Positions 23,308 to 35,594 of a stretch of DNA of 64,000 nucleotides are shown here, in pieces. The translations under genes and the position numbers were made by a program. This stretch comes from Escherichia coli (GTDB lineage Bacteria; Pseudomonadota; Gammaproteobacteria; Enterobacterales; Enterobacteriaceae), in the NCBI RefSeq assembly GCF_965641715.1, contig NZ_OZ282453.1; one strand, written 5' to 3'. The notes below the pieces were generated by a model. It worked only from the letters and a program-made list of their open reading frames with translations, was not told where the DNA came from and made no database searches. Numbering within the stretch: the stretch's first letter is position 1; each line of letters opens with the position of its first letter.

Positions 23308-25497
23308 ATGTTTGTGGAGCATAACCTGATAAAAAATATCAAGATATTCACACTAGCGTTTACGCTCACCGTGGTACTTATTCAGCTATCCCGTTTTATT
23401 TCGCCACTTGCCATTATCCATTCCAGTTATATCTTTCTGGCGTGGATGCCACTGTGCGTAATGCTGTCAATCTTGTTTATCTTTGGCTGGCGCGGTGTCG
23501 TTCCCGTTTTATGCGGGATGTTTTGCACCAATCTGTGGAACTTTCATCTCTCTTTTTTACAGACTGCGGTCATGCTCGGCAGCCAGACATTTGTCGTGTT
23601 GTGTGCCTGCGCAATATTACGCTGGCAGCTGGGGACGCGTTGGCGTTATGGATTGACCAGCCGATATGTCTGGCAACGTCTGTTCTGGCTTGGTTTGGTG
23701 ACGCCGATCGGCATCAAATGCAGCATGTATCTTGTGGGGAGCTTCTTTGATTTCCCGCTAAAGATATCCACCTTTTTCGGCGATGCGGATGCCATTTTCA
23801 CGGTCGTGGATTTACTAAGCCTTTTCACCGCTGTTCTGATTTACAACATGCTTTTCTACTATCTCACTCGCATGATTGTAAGTCCCCACTTTGCGCAGAT
23901 ATTGTGGCGCAGGGATATCGCTCCGTCATTGGGCAAAGAGAAACGCGCATTTACCTTAAGCTGGCTGGCAGCGTTAAGCGTGCTGCTACTTCTGCTGTGC
24001 ACACCTTATGAAAACGACTTTATTGCCGGTTACCTGGTACCCGTTTTCTTCATCATCTTTACCCTCGGGGTCGGTAAGCTTCGCTATCCGTTTTTAAATC
24101 TCACCTGGGCTGTTTCAACGCTTTGCCTGCTGAATTACAACCAGAACTTTTTGCAAGGGGTGGAAACCGAATATTCGCTGGCATTTATTCTCGCGGTGCT
24201 GATTTCCTTTAGCGTTTGCCTGCTCTATATGGTGCGCATTTATCATCGCAGTGAATGGCTTAATCGCCGCTGGCATTTGCAGGCGCTGACCGATCCGTTA
24301 ACGCTCCTGCCCAACTTTCGTGCGTTGGAACAAGCGCCGGAGCAAGAGGCGGGCAAGAGTTTTTGCTGCCTGCGCATTGATAATCTTGAGTTTATGAGTC
24401 GTCATTACGGGTTGATGATGCGCGTTCACTGTATCCGATCAATTTACCGTACGCTGCTGCCATTGATGCAGGAAAACGAAAAGTTGTATCAATTGCCGGG
24501 TAGTGAACTGCTGTTAGTGCTGAGCGGGCCGGAAACGGAAGGGCGACTCCAGCATATGGTTAACATCCTGAATAGTCGGCAAATTCACTGGAACAATACC
24601 GGGCTGGATATGGGCTATGGTGCTGCCTGGGGGCGTTTTGATGGAAATCAGGAAACCTTGCAACCCTTGTTGGGGCAGTTAAGCTGGCTGGCGGAGCAAT
24701 CCTGCGCACATCATCATGTGCTGGCGCTGGATAGCAGAGAGGAGATGGTTTCCGGGCAGACCACTAAACAGGTGCTATTGCTGAATACCATTCGCACGGC
24801 GTTAGATCAGGGTGATTTGCTGCTCTACGCCCAGCCAATTCGCAACAAAGAGGGTGAAGGTTATGATGAGATCCTCGCGCGACTGAAATATGACGGCGGC
24901 ATTATGACCCCGGATAAGTTTCTGCCCCTTATTGCTCAGTTTAACCTTAGCGCGCGTTTTGATTTGCAAGTGCTGGAATCCTTGTTGAAGTGGCTGGCAA
25001 CACACCCTTGCGACAAAAAAGGCCCGCGCTTTTCAGTTAATTTAATGCCGCTCACGCTGCTGCAAAAGAATATTGCCGGGCGGATTATTCGTCTATTTAA
25101 GCGTTATCACATCTCCCCGCAGGCGGTCATTCTTGAGATCACCGAGGAGCAGGCGTTTTCTAACGCAGAAAGCAGCATGTACAACATCGAGCAGCTGCAT
25201 AAGTTTGGTTTCCGGATTGCGATTGATGACTTTGGCACCGGATATGCCAACTACGAACGGTTAAAGCGTTTGCAGGCTGATATCATCAAAATTGATGGCG
25301 TCTTTGTGAAAGATATCGTCACGAATACGCTGGATGCGATGATTGTGAGATCAATTACCGATCTGGCGAAAGCGAAGTCATTGAGTGTGGTTGCGGAGTT
25401 TGTTGAGACGCAACAGCAGCAGGCGCTATTGCATAAGCTCGGAGTGCAATATCTGCAAGGGTATTTGATTGGACGCCCGCAGCCATTAGTTGATTAA
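23308..25497 (+). CDS. pdeA: c-di-GMP phosphodiesterase-type protein: N-terminal multi-TM sensor domain, degenerate GGDEF, EAL domain (729 aa)
   Basis: ATG at 23308 gives MFVEHNLIKNIKIFTLAFT...; about 9 predicted TM segments; GGDEF position reads GSELL; EAL-domain motifs QPI...EIL and DDFGTGYANY. Track ORF 23248.. is an extension. Confidence 0.85.
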   Translation: MFVEHNLIKNIKIFTLAFTLTVVLIQLSRFISPLAIIHSSYIFLAWMPLCVMLSILFIFGWRGVVPVLCGMFCTNLWNFHLSFLQTAVMLGSQTFVVLCACAILRWQLGTRWRYGLTSRYVWQRLFWLGLVTPIGIKCSMYLVGSFFDFPLKISTFFGDADAIFTVVDLLSLFTAVLIYNMLFYYLTRMIVSPHFAQILWRRDIAPSLGKEKRAFTLSWLAALSVLLLLLCTPYENDFIAGYLVPVFFIIFTLGVGKLRYPFLNLTWAVSTLCLLNYNQNFLQGVETEYSLAFILAVLISFSVCLLYMVRIYHRSEWLNRRWHLQALTDPLTLLPNFRALEQAPEQEAGKSFCCLRIDNLEFMSRHYGLMMRVHCIRSIYRTLLPLMQENEKLYQLPGSELLLVLSGPETEGRLQHMVNILNSRQIHWNNTGLDMGYGAAWGRFDGNQETLQPLLGQLSWLAEQSCAHHHVLALDSREEMVSGQTTKQVLLLNTIRTALDQGDLLLYAQPIRNKEGEGYDEILARLKYDGGIMTPDKFLPLIAQFNLSARFDLQVLESLLKWLATHPCDKKGPRFSVNLMPLTLLQKNIAGRIIRLFKRYHISPQAVILEITEEQAFSNAESSMYNIEQLHKFGFRIAIDDFGTGYANYERLKRLQADIIKIDGVFVKDIVTNTLDAMIVRSITDLAKAKSLSVVAEFVETQQQQALLHKLGVQYLQGYLIGRPQPLVD

Positions 25498-25525
25498 CAG
25501 GCGTAAAAAAGCCGGGGAATTATCC

Positions 25526-26864
25526 CATAAGCGCTAACTTAAGGGTTGTGGTATTACGCCTGATATGATTTAACGTGCCGATGAATTACTCTCACGATAA
25601 CTGGTCAGCAATTCTGGCCCATATTGGTAAGCCCGAAGAACTGGATACTTCGGCACGTAATGCCGGGGCTCTAACCCGCCGCCGCGAAATTCGTGATGCT
25701 GCAACTCTGCTACGTCTGGGGCTGGCTTACGGCCCCGGGGGGATGTCATTACGTGAAGTCACTGCATGGGCTCAGCTCCATGACGTTGCAACATTATCTG
25801 ACGTGGCTCTCCTGAAGCGGCTGCGGAATGCCGCCGACTGGTTTGGCATACTTGCCGCACAAACACTTGCTGTACGCGCCGCAGTTACGGGTTGTACAAG
25901 CGGAAAGAGATTGCGTCTTGTCGATGGAACAGCAATCAGTGCGCCCGGGGGCGGCAGCGCTGAATGGCGACTACATATGGGATATGATCCTCATACCTGT
26001 CAGTTCACTGATTTTGAGCTAACCGACAGCAGAGACGCTGAACGGCTGGACCGATTTGCGCAAACGGCAGACGAGATACGCATTGCTGACCGGGGATTCG
26101 GTTCGCGTCCCGAATGTATCCGCTCACTTGCTTTTGGAGAAGCTGATTATATCGTCCGGGTTCACTGGCGAGGATTGCGCTGGTTAACTGCAGAAGGAAT
26201 GCGCTTTGACATGATGGGTTTTCTGCGCGGGCTGGATTGCGGTAAGAACGGTGAAACCACTGTAATGATAGGCAATTCAGGTAATAAAAAAGCCGGAGCT
26301 CCCTTTCCGGCACGTCTCATTGCCGTATCACTTCCTCCCGAAAAAGCATTAATCAGTAAAACCCGACTGCTCAGCGAGAATCGTCGAAAAGGACGAGTAG
26401 TTCAGGCGGAAACGCTGGAAGCAGCGGGCCATGTGCTATTGCTAACATCATTACCGGAAGATGAATATTCAGCAGAGCAAGTGGCTGATTGTTACCGTCT
26501 GCGATGGCAAATTGAACTGGCTTTTAAGCGGCTCAAAAGTTTGCTGCACCTGGATGCTTTGCGTGCAAAGGAACCTGAACTCGCGAAAGCGTGGATATTT
26601 GCTAATCTACTCGCCGCATTTTTAATTGACGACATAATCCAGCCATCGCTGGATTTCCCCCCCAGAAGTGCCGGATCCGAAAAGAAGAACTAACTCGTTG
26701 TGGAGAATAACAAAAATGGTCATCTGGAGCTTACAGGTGGCCATTCGTGGGACAGTATCCCTGACAGCCTACAAAACGCAATTGAAGAACGCGAGGCATC
26801 GTCTTAACGAGGCACCGAGGCGTCGCATTCTTCAGATGGTTCAACCCTTAAGTTAGCGCTTATG
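25526..26864 (+). mobile_element. IS186 insertion sequence (IS4 family), about 1.34 kb
   Basis: Terminal inverted repeats cataagcgctaacttaagggttg (left) and caacccttaagttagcgcttatg (right); flanked by a duplicated ggaattatcc-type target sequence; carries one transposase ORF. Confidence 0.93.
25575..26693 (+). CDS. insL: IS186 transposase (372 aa as read)
   Basis: ORF MNYSHDNWSAILAHIGKPEELDTSARNAGALTRR... inside the IS186 inverted repeats; IS4-family DDE transposase. Confidence 0.93.
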   Translation: MPMNYSHDNWSAILAHIGKPEELDTSARNAGALTRRREIRDAATLLRLGLAYGPGGMSLREVTAWAQLHDVATLSDVALLKRLRNAADWFGILAAQTLAVRAAVTGCTSGKRLRLVDGTAISAPGGGSAEWRLHMGYDPHTCQFTDFELTDSRDAERLDRFAQTADEIRIADRGFGSRPECIRSLAFGEADYIVRVHWRGLRWLTAEGMRFDMMGFLRGLDCGKNGETTVMIGNSGNKKAGAPFPARLIAVSLPPEKALISKTRLLSENRRKGRVVQAETLEAAGHVLLLTSLPEDEYSAEQVADCYRLRWQIELAFKRLKSLLHLDALRAKEPELAKAWIFANLLAAFLIDDIIQPSLDFPPRSAGSEKKN

Positions 26865-26896
26865 GGAATTATCCCCGGCTTTTTTATGTATGGTGC

Positions 26897-28099
26897 TTAC
26901 AGCACCAGTGCTGCGATTGACGCAGACAGCACACTCACCAGGGTAGAGCCGTAAACCAGTTTCAGACCGAAGCGAGAAACCACGTTACCTTGCTCTTCAT
27001 TCAGGCCCTTAACTGCACCTGCGATAATCCCGATTGAAGAGAAGTTAGCGAAGGAAACCAGGAACACAGAGATGATGCCTTCAGCACGCGGAGAGAGCGT
27101 GGAAGCAATTTTCTGCAGATCCATCATCGCAACGAACTCGTTAGAAACCAGTTTGGTCGCCATGATACTGCCCACTTGCAGTGCTTCACTGGAAGGAACA
27201 CCCATCACCCATGCAATCGGATAGAAGATGTAGCCCAGGATGCCCTGGAAGGAGATGCTGTAGCCAAACCAGCCAGTCACGGTAGCAAACAGTGCGTTCA
27301 GCGCGGCGATCAGGGCGATAAAGCCGATCAGCATCGCGGCAACGATAATGGCAACTTTGAAACCTGCCAGAATGTATTCACCCAGCATTTCGAAGAAGCT
27401 CTGACCTTCGTGCAGGTTGGACATCTGAATGTTTTCTTCACTGGCATCAACACGGTAAGGGTTGATCAGCGACAGCACGATAAAGGTGCTGAACATATTC
27501 AGTACCAGTGCTGCAACGACATATTTCGGCTCCAGCATGGTCATGTATGCACCAACGATGGACATCGACACGGTGGACATCGCCGTTGCTGCCATGGTGT
27601 ACATACGGTTACGGGAGATTTTGCCAAGGATATCTTTATAGGCAATAAAGTTTTCAGACTGACCCAGAATCAGGGAGCTGACGGCGTTAAAGGATTCCAG
27701 TTTGCCCATACCGTTGACTTTGGAGAGCAGGAAACCAATTGCGCGGATAATCACCGGCAACACGCGAATGTGCTGGAGAATACCGATCAGTGCAGAGATA
27801 AAGACGATTGGGCACAGTACTTTCAGGAAGAAGAATGCCAGGCCTTGATCATTCATGCTACCAAAGACGAAGTTAGTCCCTTCGTTGGCAAATCCGAGCA
27901 GTTTTTCGAACATTTCGGAGAAGCCTTTCACGAAGCCTAAACCAACGTCGGAGTTCAGGAAGAACCACGCCAGTAACACTTCGATAACAAGCAGTTGAAT
28001 AACATAACGGATACGAATTTTTTTGCGGTCGCTGCTTACCAGCAGTGCGAGAATCGCAACAACGGCAAGTGCCAGTACAAAATGAAGGACGCGGTCCAT
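26897..28099 (-). CDS. nupC: Nucleoside:H+ symporter (CNT family), 400 aa
   Basis: ATG at 28099 gives [27 protein letters not shown]...; track ORF extends 13 codons upstream. Confidence 0.9.
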
Positions 28100-28365
28100 A
28101 TTTGCTCCAAATATGAGGCAGGTTAAATTTCCGTGCACATTCTATGTAACATGGTTAAGGAAAACGAGATCTGACACACACTATAATGACGTCCTGTGAC
28201 AAGCTTCAAAAATAGTGAGCTGTCATACATTTCTGCTATGTTGTGTATGGAAGCTGAAAGTTATGTAAATGTGCTAACATTAAACATAACCATAACATTC
28301 AAGTCATCAATCTTTTCGTAGTCATAATCCTGGTCTATCAGAGAAATCACCACAATCCATTTAAA

Positions 28366-28386
28366 TGAATTTGATAATCATTCTCG
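28366..28386. promoter_or_regulatory. Fur box upstream of mntH
   Basis: aatttgataatcattctcg closely matches the Fur consensus GATAATGATAATCATTATC. Confidence 0.6.
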
Positions 28387-28400
28387 TTTGACATAGCATG

Positions 28401-28422
28401 AAACATAGCAAAGGCTATGTTT
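28401..28422. promoter_or_regulatory. MntR operator upstream of mntH
   Basis: Near-perfect palindrome aaacatagcaaaggctatgttt, 13 nt upstream of the mntH ATG. Confidence 0.7.
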
Positions 28423-28425
28423 TAG

Positions 28426-29673
<1,248 letters not shown>

Positions 29674-29700
29674 TTGAATGAGCGTCGCATCTGGCACTAT

Positions 29701-29735
<35 letters not shown>

Positions 29736-29757
29736 GCGTTAAAGAGCCGGTTTGTAT

Positions 29758-29789
29758 GCCTGATAAGACGCGCTAGCGTCGCATCAGGC
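29758..29789. repeat. REP element (second of a BIME-like pair)
   Basis: gcctgataagacgcgctagcgtcgcatcaggc, near-identical to the REP at 6599..6632. Confidence 0.75.
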
Positions 29790-29813
29790 ATTGTGCTCCA
29801 TTGGCGAATGTGT

Positions 29814-30140
29814 TTAATGGCGGTGTCCATGTCCGCGGCCTTTTCCGCGATGATCGTCACGATCGCGCCAGCCTTCACGATAGCCACGCTCATATGCTTT
29901 ACGCTTATCCCAGCCACGATGGTAGCCATTATCATGACGCCACCAGCGGTTTTTACGCCATTCATAATTGCGATGCCAGTAGTCACGGTCGCGCCAGTGA
30001 CCACCGTCCCAGTAATTACCGTAATGATCGCGATCGCCAATTTGTAATTTGATTGATGGCAGTAGGGTGATTTCGCCTGCGTTTGCCGCAAGCGGGGTAA
30101 ATGCCATCAGGGCGGCCGCCAGAAACAGTGACCTGAACAT
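29814..30140 (-). CDS. ypeC: Small secreted His/Arg/Trp-rich protein (108 aa)
   Basis: Signal peptide [21 protein letters not shown] followed by repeated RD/HR/W-rich low-complexity sequence ending GHGHRH. Confidence 0.8.
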
Positions 30141-30254
30141 TGTTATTCTCCTTCACGATCGAAGCCGTCAGCGGCCTGTTAACGCAATATTACGGGGAGG
30201 TAAAGCCCCGTATCATCGCCATAACTCTTAAATCATAAAGGAGAGCATTTTTTG

Positions 30255-31511
30255 CTAAACGTTATCGTGGGGTGGCTGTTGCTTCGGACGATTGACCATC
30301 ATCATCGGCTTACCTGCTAATAACAGCCATGCCGGAAGCATGACGATACAGAGCAGCGGTAGCAATGTGGTATTGGGTACAACGACTGCCGCCATAAAAA
30401 GACTTAACCAGCCATCGCGTGTTACCACCAGCACGATGCCGAGAATAGCGCAGGAAACGGTTATTGCCGCTGGTACGGCGGGAACGTGCTCATGCAGCAT
30501 CAACCCTAATGCCACGCCGACAAACACTGCCGGGAAGATTCGCCCACCGCGAAAGCCACTGGCGGCAGCAACGACCAGGGCGGCAAGTTTAATTACCGCC
30601 AGCAAAAAGTAATCGCTGGTGCTGAAAGCCTGATTTGCCACCATCTGCTGCATCTCATCCAGCCCTTTAAACAGCGAAACTGGTCCACCAATAACCCCCA
30701 GAATACCGAGAATAAATCCGCCAATACCCAGCACGAGCACCGGATTTTTCATTTGATGCATCATCGCGTGCAACCGTGGTAAGCACCATACGGCGACCAT
30801 CCCTGCTGCGATGGCAATCGCCGCGACAATTGCACCGCTGAGAATATCGGTCATTTCCATCTGTCCGTAATGCGCAATGGGCAGTGAAAAATGGGGATGG
30901 AAAAATAATCCGGTAGTAAGTGCACCAGCTGCTGCCGCCATTAACGGCGCAAAAAGACGATCCCATAGCGGAACTTCACTACTGCCATTTAAGGTTTGCG
31001 AAAATATCAACGCCGCCGCAACAGGTGTACCAAACAGCGCGCCGATGGTTCCGGCAGAGGCTAAAATAGTCCACTCCATTCGGTTGACGCGCGGTAACAG
31101 ACGAGCGCCAATGGCAACCGCAAGGGCGATATTGACGGTCATGATCGGATGTTCCGGCCCCAGGCTGACGCCGCCAGCAAGACCGAGAATTAATGCTACG
31201 ATAAGTCCTGGTAGCGCAGAGGGCGGAACCGGTGCGCCGATCAGCGGTTCACAGGCGGGGTCTGGTCCGGCATGACCCTGGCTGAAACGGATAACCAACC
31301 CCACCGCAATACCCGTTAGCGTTAATACACCGATGATCCAGAGGGGTGAATCCTGGGCTATCCCCAGAGTTCCCGGCAGTCGTTGCCAGAGCAAATTCTG
31401 TAATACCGAGGCGATTTTCATCACCACAATCAGAATAAGACTGGACGCAATCCCAATTGCCACGGCGGGGAGCGATAATAACAACATGGTTCTGGCTCGC
31501 GGATGGAGCAT
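30255..31511 (-). CDS. yfeO: ClC-family voltage-gated chloride channel-like membrane protein
   Basis: 418-aa multi-TM ORF with ClC-like GxGIP/GxFxP-type segments. Confidence 0.85.
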
Positions 31512-31714
31512 GTTCTATTCCTTATGCGGGGTCAGATACTTAGTTTGCCCAGCTTGCAAAAAGGCATCGCTGCAATTGGTGCTGAAACGATAAAGTAATT
31601 GTGTGACCCAGATCGATATTTACAGGGAGCCTGCCTTTCCGGCGTTGTTGTTATGCCCCCAGGTATTTACAGTGTGAGAAAGAATTATTTTGACTTTAGC
31701 GGAGCAGTTGAAGA

Positions 31715-32680
31715 ATGACAAAGTATGCATTAGTCGGTGATGTGGGCGGCACCAACGCACGTCTTGCTCTGTGTGATATTGCCAGTGGTGAAATCTCGCA
31801 GGCTAAGACCTATTCAGGGCTTGATTACCCCAGCCTCGAAGCGGTCATTCGCGTTTATCTTGAAGAACATAAGGTCGAGGTGAAAGACGGCTGTATTGCC
31901 ATCGCTTGCCCAATTACCGGTGACTGGGTGGCAATGACCAACCATACCTGGGCGTTCTCAATTGCCGAAATGAAAAAGAATCTCGGTTTTAGCCATCTGG
32001 AAATTATTAACGATTTTACCGCTGTATCGATGGCGATCCCGATGCTGAAAAAAGAGCATCTGATTCAGTTTGGTGGCGCAGAACCGGTAGAAGGTAAGCC
32101 TATTGCGGTTTACGGTGCCGGAACGGGGCTTGGGGTTGCGCATCTGGTCCATGTCGATAAGCGTTGGGTAAGCTTGCCGGGCGAAGGCGGTCACGTTGAT
32201 TTTGCGCCGAATAGTGAAGAAGAGGCCATTATCCTCGAAATATTGCGTGCGGAAATTGGCCATGTTTCGGCGGAACGCGTGCTTTCTGGCCCTGGGCTGG
32301 TGAATTTGTATCGCGCAATTGTGAAAGCTGACAACCGCCTGCCAGAAAATCTCAAGCCAAAAGATATTACCGAACGCGCGCTGGCTGACAGCTGCACCGA
32401 TTGCCGCCGTGCGTTGTCGCTGTTTTGCGTCATTATGGGCCGTTTTGGCGGCAATCTGGCGCTCAATCTCGGGACATTTGGCGGCGTATTTATTGCGGGC
32501 GGTATCGTGCCGCGCTTCCTTGAGTTCTTCAAAGCCTCTGGTTTTCGTGCCGCATTTGAAGATAAAGGGCGCTTTAAAGAATATGTCCATGATATTCCGG
32601 TGTATCTCATCGTCCATGACAATCCGGGTCTTCTCGGTTCCGGTGCACATTTACGCCAGACCTTAGGGCACATTCTGTAA
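31715..32680 (+). CDS. glk: Glucokinase
   Basis: 321-aa [24 protein letters not shown]... (ROK/glucokinase ATP-binding motif). Confidence 0.96.
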   Translation: MTKYALVGDVGGTNARLALCDIASGEISQAKTYSGLDYPSLEAVIRVYLEEHKVEVKDGCIAIACPITGDWVAMTNHTWAFSIAEMKKNLGFSHLEIINDFTAVSMAIPMLKKEHLIQFGGAEPVEGKPIAVYGAGTGLGVAHLVHVDKRWVSLPGEGGHVDFAPNSEEEAIILEILRAEIGHVSAERVLSGPGLVNLYRAIVKADNRLPENLKPKDITERALADSCTDCRRALSLFCVIMGRFGGNLALNLGTFGGVFIAGGIVPRFLEFFKASGFRAAFEDKGRFKEYVHDIPVYLIVHDNPGLLGSGAHLRQTLGHIL

Positions 32681-32898
32681 ATCCTTCCTGTTATATCGGG
32701 AGGTAACTCTCCCGATAATCTTTTAAATCATACAGTTAATTCAATTTTTCTTTGTGTCCCCTCACAAGGCCGACCTGCGTCACACTTCCGTACAGCGGGA
32801 TTAATTCTCCAGTAAATGCATTATTTGTCTGGTAACGGCGATTTGTTTTGCACGTTCATAATTTCACTCGTCAACTATCACTGAACGAGGAATTAACG

Positions 32899-33225
32899 AT
32901 GAGTAAGAAACTGATTGCCTTATGTGCCTGCCCGATGGGCCTGGCTCACACCTTTATGGCCGCTCAGGCGCTGGAAGAAGCAGCGGTAGAAGCCGGTTAT
33001 GAAGTGAAAATTGAAACCCAGGGCGCGGACGGTATCCAGAATCGCCTGACGGCGCAGGATATCGCCGAAGCGACCATCATCATCCACTCCGTGGCAGTTA
33101 CCCCGGAAGATAACGAACGTTTCGAATCACGCGACGTTTATGAAATCACTTTGCAGGACGCAATTAAAAACGCTGCGGGCATCATCAAAGAAATCGAAGA
33201 GATGATTGCCTCTGAACAACAGTAA
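32899..33225 (+). CDS. fryB: PTS fructose-like EIIB component (108 aa)
   Basis: ATG at 32899 gives MSKKLIALCACPMGLAHTFMAA... with the EIIB phospho-cysteine motif CxxG; track ORF from 32848 is an extension. Confidence 0.85.
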   Translation: MSKKLIALCACPMGLAHTFMAAQALEEAAVEAGYEVKIETQGADGIQNRLTAQDIAEATIIIHSVAVTPEDNERFESRDVYEITLQDAIKNAAGIIKEIEEMIASEQQ

Positions 33226-33246
33226 TATTCGACAGGGATAATTGTT

Positions 33247-34494
33247 ATGGCCATTAAAAAACGCAGTGCAACCGTTGTGCCTGGCGCATCCGGTGCGGCA
33301 GCGGCAGTTAAGAATCCGCAGGCCTCTAAAAGCAGCTTCTGGGGTGAACTCCCGCAGCATGTGATGTCAGGGATTTCACGCATGGTGCCGACCTTAATTA
33401 TGGGCGGTGTGATCCTCGCTTTCAGCCAGCTGATTGCTTATAGCTGGCTTAAAATTCCTGCTGAGATCGGCATCATGGATGCTCTTAATAGCGGGAAATT
33501 CTCCGGTTTCGACCTCTCCTTACTGAAATTTGCCTGGTTGTCGCAGTCCTTCGGCGGCGTGTTGTTTGGTTTTGCCATTCCGATGTTTGCTGCTTTTGTG
33601 GCGAACTCTATCGGTGGCAAACTGGCGTTTCCGGCTGGTTTTATCGGCGGCTTGATGTCTACCCAGCCGACGCAACTGCTGAACTTCGATCCCAGCACTA
33701 TGCAATGGGCGACCTCTTCGCCGGTGCCGTCCACCTTCATTGGTGCGCTGATTATTTCTATCGTTGCCGGTTACCTTGTGAAATGGATGAACCAGAAAAT
33801 CCAGTTACCGGATTTCCTGTTAGCGTTCAAAACCACATTTTTGCTACCGATTCTTTCCGCCATTTTTGTCATGCTGGCGATGTACTACGTCATCACCCCA
33901 TTTGGGGGCTGGATCAACGGCGGTATCCGTACTGTGCTGACTGCCGCAGGTGAGAAGGGCGCGCTGATGTACGCAATGGGGATCGCCGCGGCGACAGCAA
34001 TCGACCTTGGTGGCCCGATCAACAAAGCCGCAGGTTTCGTTGCCTTCAGCTTTACCACTGACCACGTATTACCGGTCACCGCTCGTTCTATCGCTATTGT
34101 TATTCCGCCGATTGGTCTGGGTCTGGCGACCATTATCGACCGCCGTTTAACCGGCAAACGTCTGTTCAGTGCTCAGCTTTATCCGCAGGGTAAAACCGCG
34201 ATGTTCCTGGCGTTTATGGGGATTAGTGAGGGTGCGATTCCGTTTGCACTGGAAAGCCCCATCACCGCCATTCCGTCCTATATGGTTGGCGCGATTGTCG
34301 GCTCAACCGCAGCTGTCTGGCTGGGCGCAGTGCAATGGTTCCCGGAGTCCGCTATCTGGGCATGGCCGCTGGTCACTAACCTGGGCGTCTATATGGCGGG
34401 GATCGCGCTGGGGGCAGTCATTACTGCGCTGATGGTGGTGTTCCTGCGTCTGATGATGTTCCGTAAAGGCAAATTGTTAATCGATAGCCTGTAA
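33247..34494 (+). CDS. fryC: PTS fructose-like EIIC permease component
   Basis: 415-aa multi-TM ORF directly downstream of fryB. Confidence 0.85.
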   Translation: MAIKKRSATVVPGASGAAAAVKNPQASKSSFWGELPQHVMSGISRMVPTLIMGGVILAFSQLIAYSWLKIPAEIGIMDALNSGKFSGFDLSLLKFAWLSQSFGGVLFGFAIPMFAAFVANSIGGKLAFPAGFIGGLMSTQPTQLLNFDPSTMQWATSSPVPSTFIGALIISIVAGYLVKWMNQKIQLPDFLLAFKTTFLLPILSAIFVMLAMYYVITPFGGWINGGIRTVLTAAGEKGALMYAMGIAAATAIDLGGPINKAAGFVAFSFTTDHVLPVTARSIAIVIPPIGLGLATIIDRRLTGKRLFSAQLYPQGKTAMFLAFMGISEGAIPFALESPITAIPSYMVGAIVGSTAAVWLGAVQWFPESAIWAWPLVTNLGVYMAGIALGAVITALMVVFLRLMMFRKGKLLIDSL

Positions 34495-34508
34495 GAAGGA
34501 AAATCCAG

Positions 34509-35594
34509 ATGACATTACTCGCTTCGCTGCGTGACTGGCTTAAGGCGCAACAACTGGATGCGGTGCTTCTCTCCTCACGGCAGAACAAACAGCCGCATCT
34601 GGGGATCTCCACCGGATCAGGCTATGTGCTGATTAGCCGTGAAAGTGCGCACATTCTGGTGGACTCGCGCTATTACGCGGATGTAGAAGCCCGCACGCAA
34701 GGTTACCAGCTGCATTTGCTTGACGCGACGCACACGCTTACAACCATCGCCAGGCAAATCATTGCCGATGAGCAGTTGCAAACGCTCGGTTTTGAAGGCC
34801 AGCAGGTGAGTTGGGAAACCGCGCACCGCTGGCAGTCTGAACTCAATGCGAAACTGGTAAGCGCCACGCCGGATGTGCTGCGGCAAATCAAAACGCCAGA
34901 GGAGGTGGAGAAAATCCGTCTTGCCTGTGGGATTGCCGATCGCGGTGCAGAGCATATTCGCCGCTTTATTCAGGCGGGGATGAGCGAGCGCGAGATAGCC
35001 GCTGAACTGGAGTGGTTTATGCGCCAGCAGGGCGCAGAAAAAACCTCTTTTGACACCATTGTCGCCAGTGGCTGGCGTGGGGCGCTGCCGCACGGCAAAG
35101 CCAGCGACAAGATTGTTGCAGCGGGAGAGTTTGTCACTCTCGATTTCGGTGCGCTGTATCAGGGCTACTGCTCTGATATGACGCGCACCTTGCTGGTGAA
35201 TGGCGAAGGGGTGAGCGCCGAATCTCATCCGCTGTTTAACGTCTATCAGATTGTTTTGCAGGCACAGCTCGCAGCAATCTCTGCAATTCGCCCCGGCGTG
35301 CGCTGCCAGCAGGTTGACGACGCCGCGCGTCGGGTGATTACCGAGGCAGGATTTGGCGACTATTTTGGTCACAACACCGGTCATGCTATCGGCATTGAAG
35401 TTCATGAAGATCCGCGTTTTTCACCGCGGGACACCACGACGCTACAGCCAGGCATGTTACTGACCGTGGAGCCGGGGATTTATTTGCCAGGGCAAGGGGG
35501 CGTGCGCATCGAGGATGTTGTGCTGGTCACCCCGCAAGGCGCAGAAGTGCTCTACGCCATGCCGAAAACAGTGTTGCTCACGGGAGAGGCATAA
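34509..35594 (+). CDS. ypdF: Xaa-Pro aminopeptidase (M24 family)
   Basis: 361-aa ORF with M24 metal-binding signature ([13 protein letters not shown]). Confidence 0.85.
   Translation: MTLLASLRDWLKAQQLDAVLLSSRQNKQPHLGISTGSGYVLISRESAHILVDSRYYADVEARTQGYQLHLLDATHTLTTIARQIIADEQLQTLGFEGQQVSWETAHRWQSELNAKLVSATPDVLRQIKTPEEVEKIRLACGIADRGAEHIRRFIQAGMSEREIAAELEWFMRQQGAEKTSFDTIVASGWRGALPHGKASDKIVAAGEFVTLDFGALYQGYCSDMTRTLLVNGEGVSAESHPLFNVYQIVLQAQLAAISAIRPGVRCQQVDDAARRVITEAGFGDYFGHNTGHAIGIEVHEDPRFSPRDTTTLQPGMLLTVEPGIYLPGQGGVRIEDVVLVTPQGAEVLYAMPKTVLLTGEA

Noticed and set aside
27176-27940. 254-aa ORF antisense to nupC
   Set aside because: Shadow ORF inside nupC; composition typical of reverse-strand translation.
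29793-30091. Three ORFs (83-119 aa) overlapping ypeC in other frames
   Set aside because: Generated by the repetitive His/Arg/Trp-rich ypeC coding sequence; only the signal-peptide-bearing frame is credible.
34617-35405. 262-aa ORF antisense to ypdF
   Set aside because: Shadow ORF inside ypdF; no RBS and no recognisable domain.
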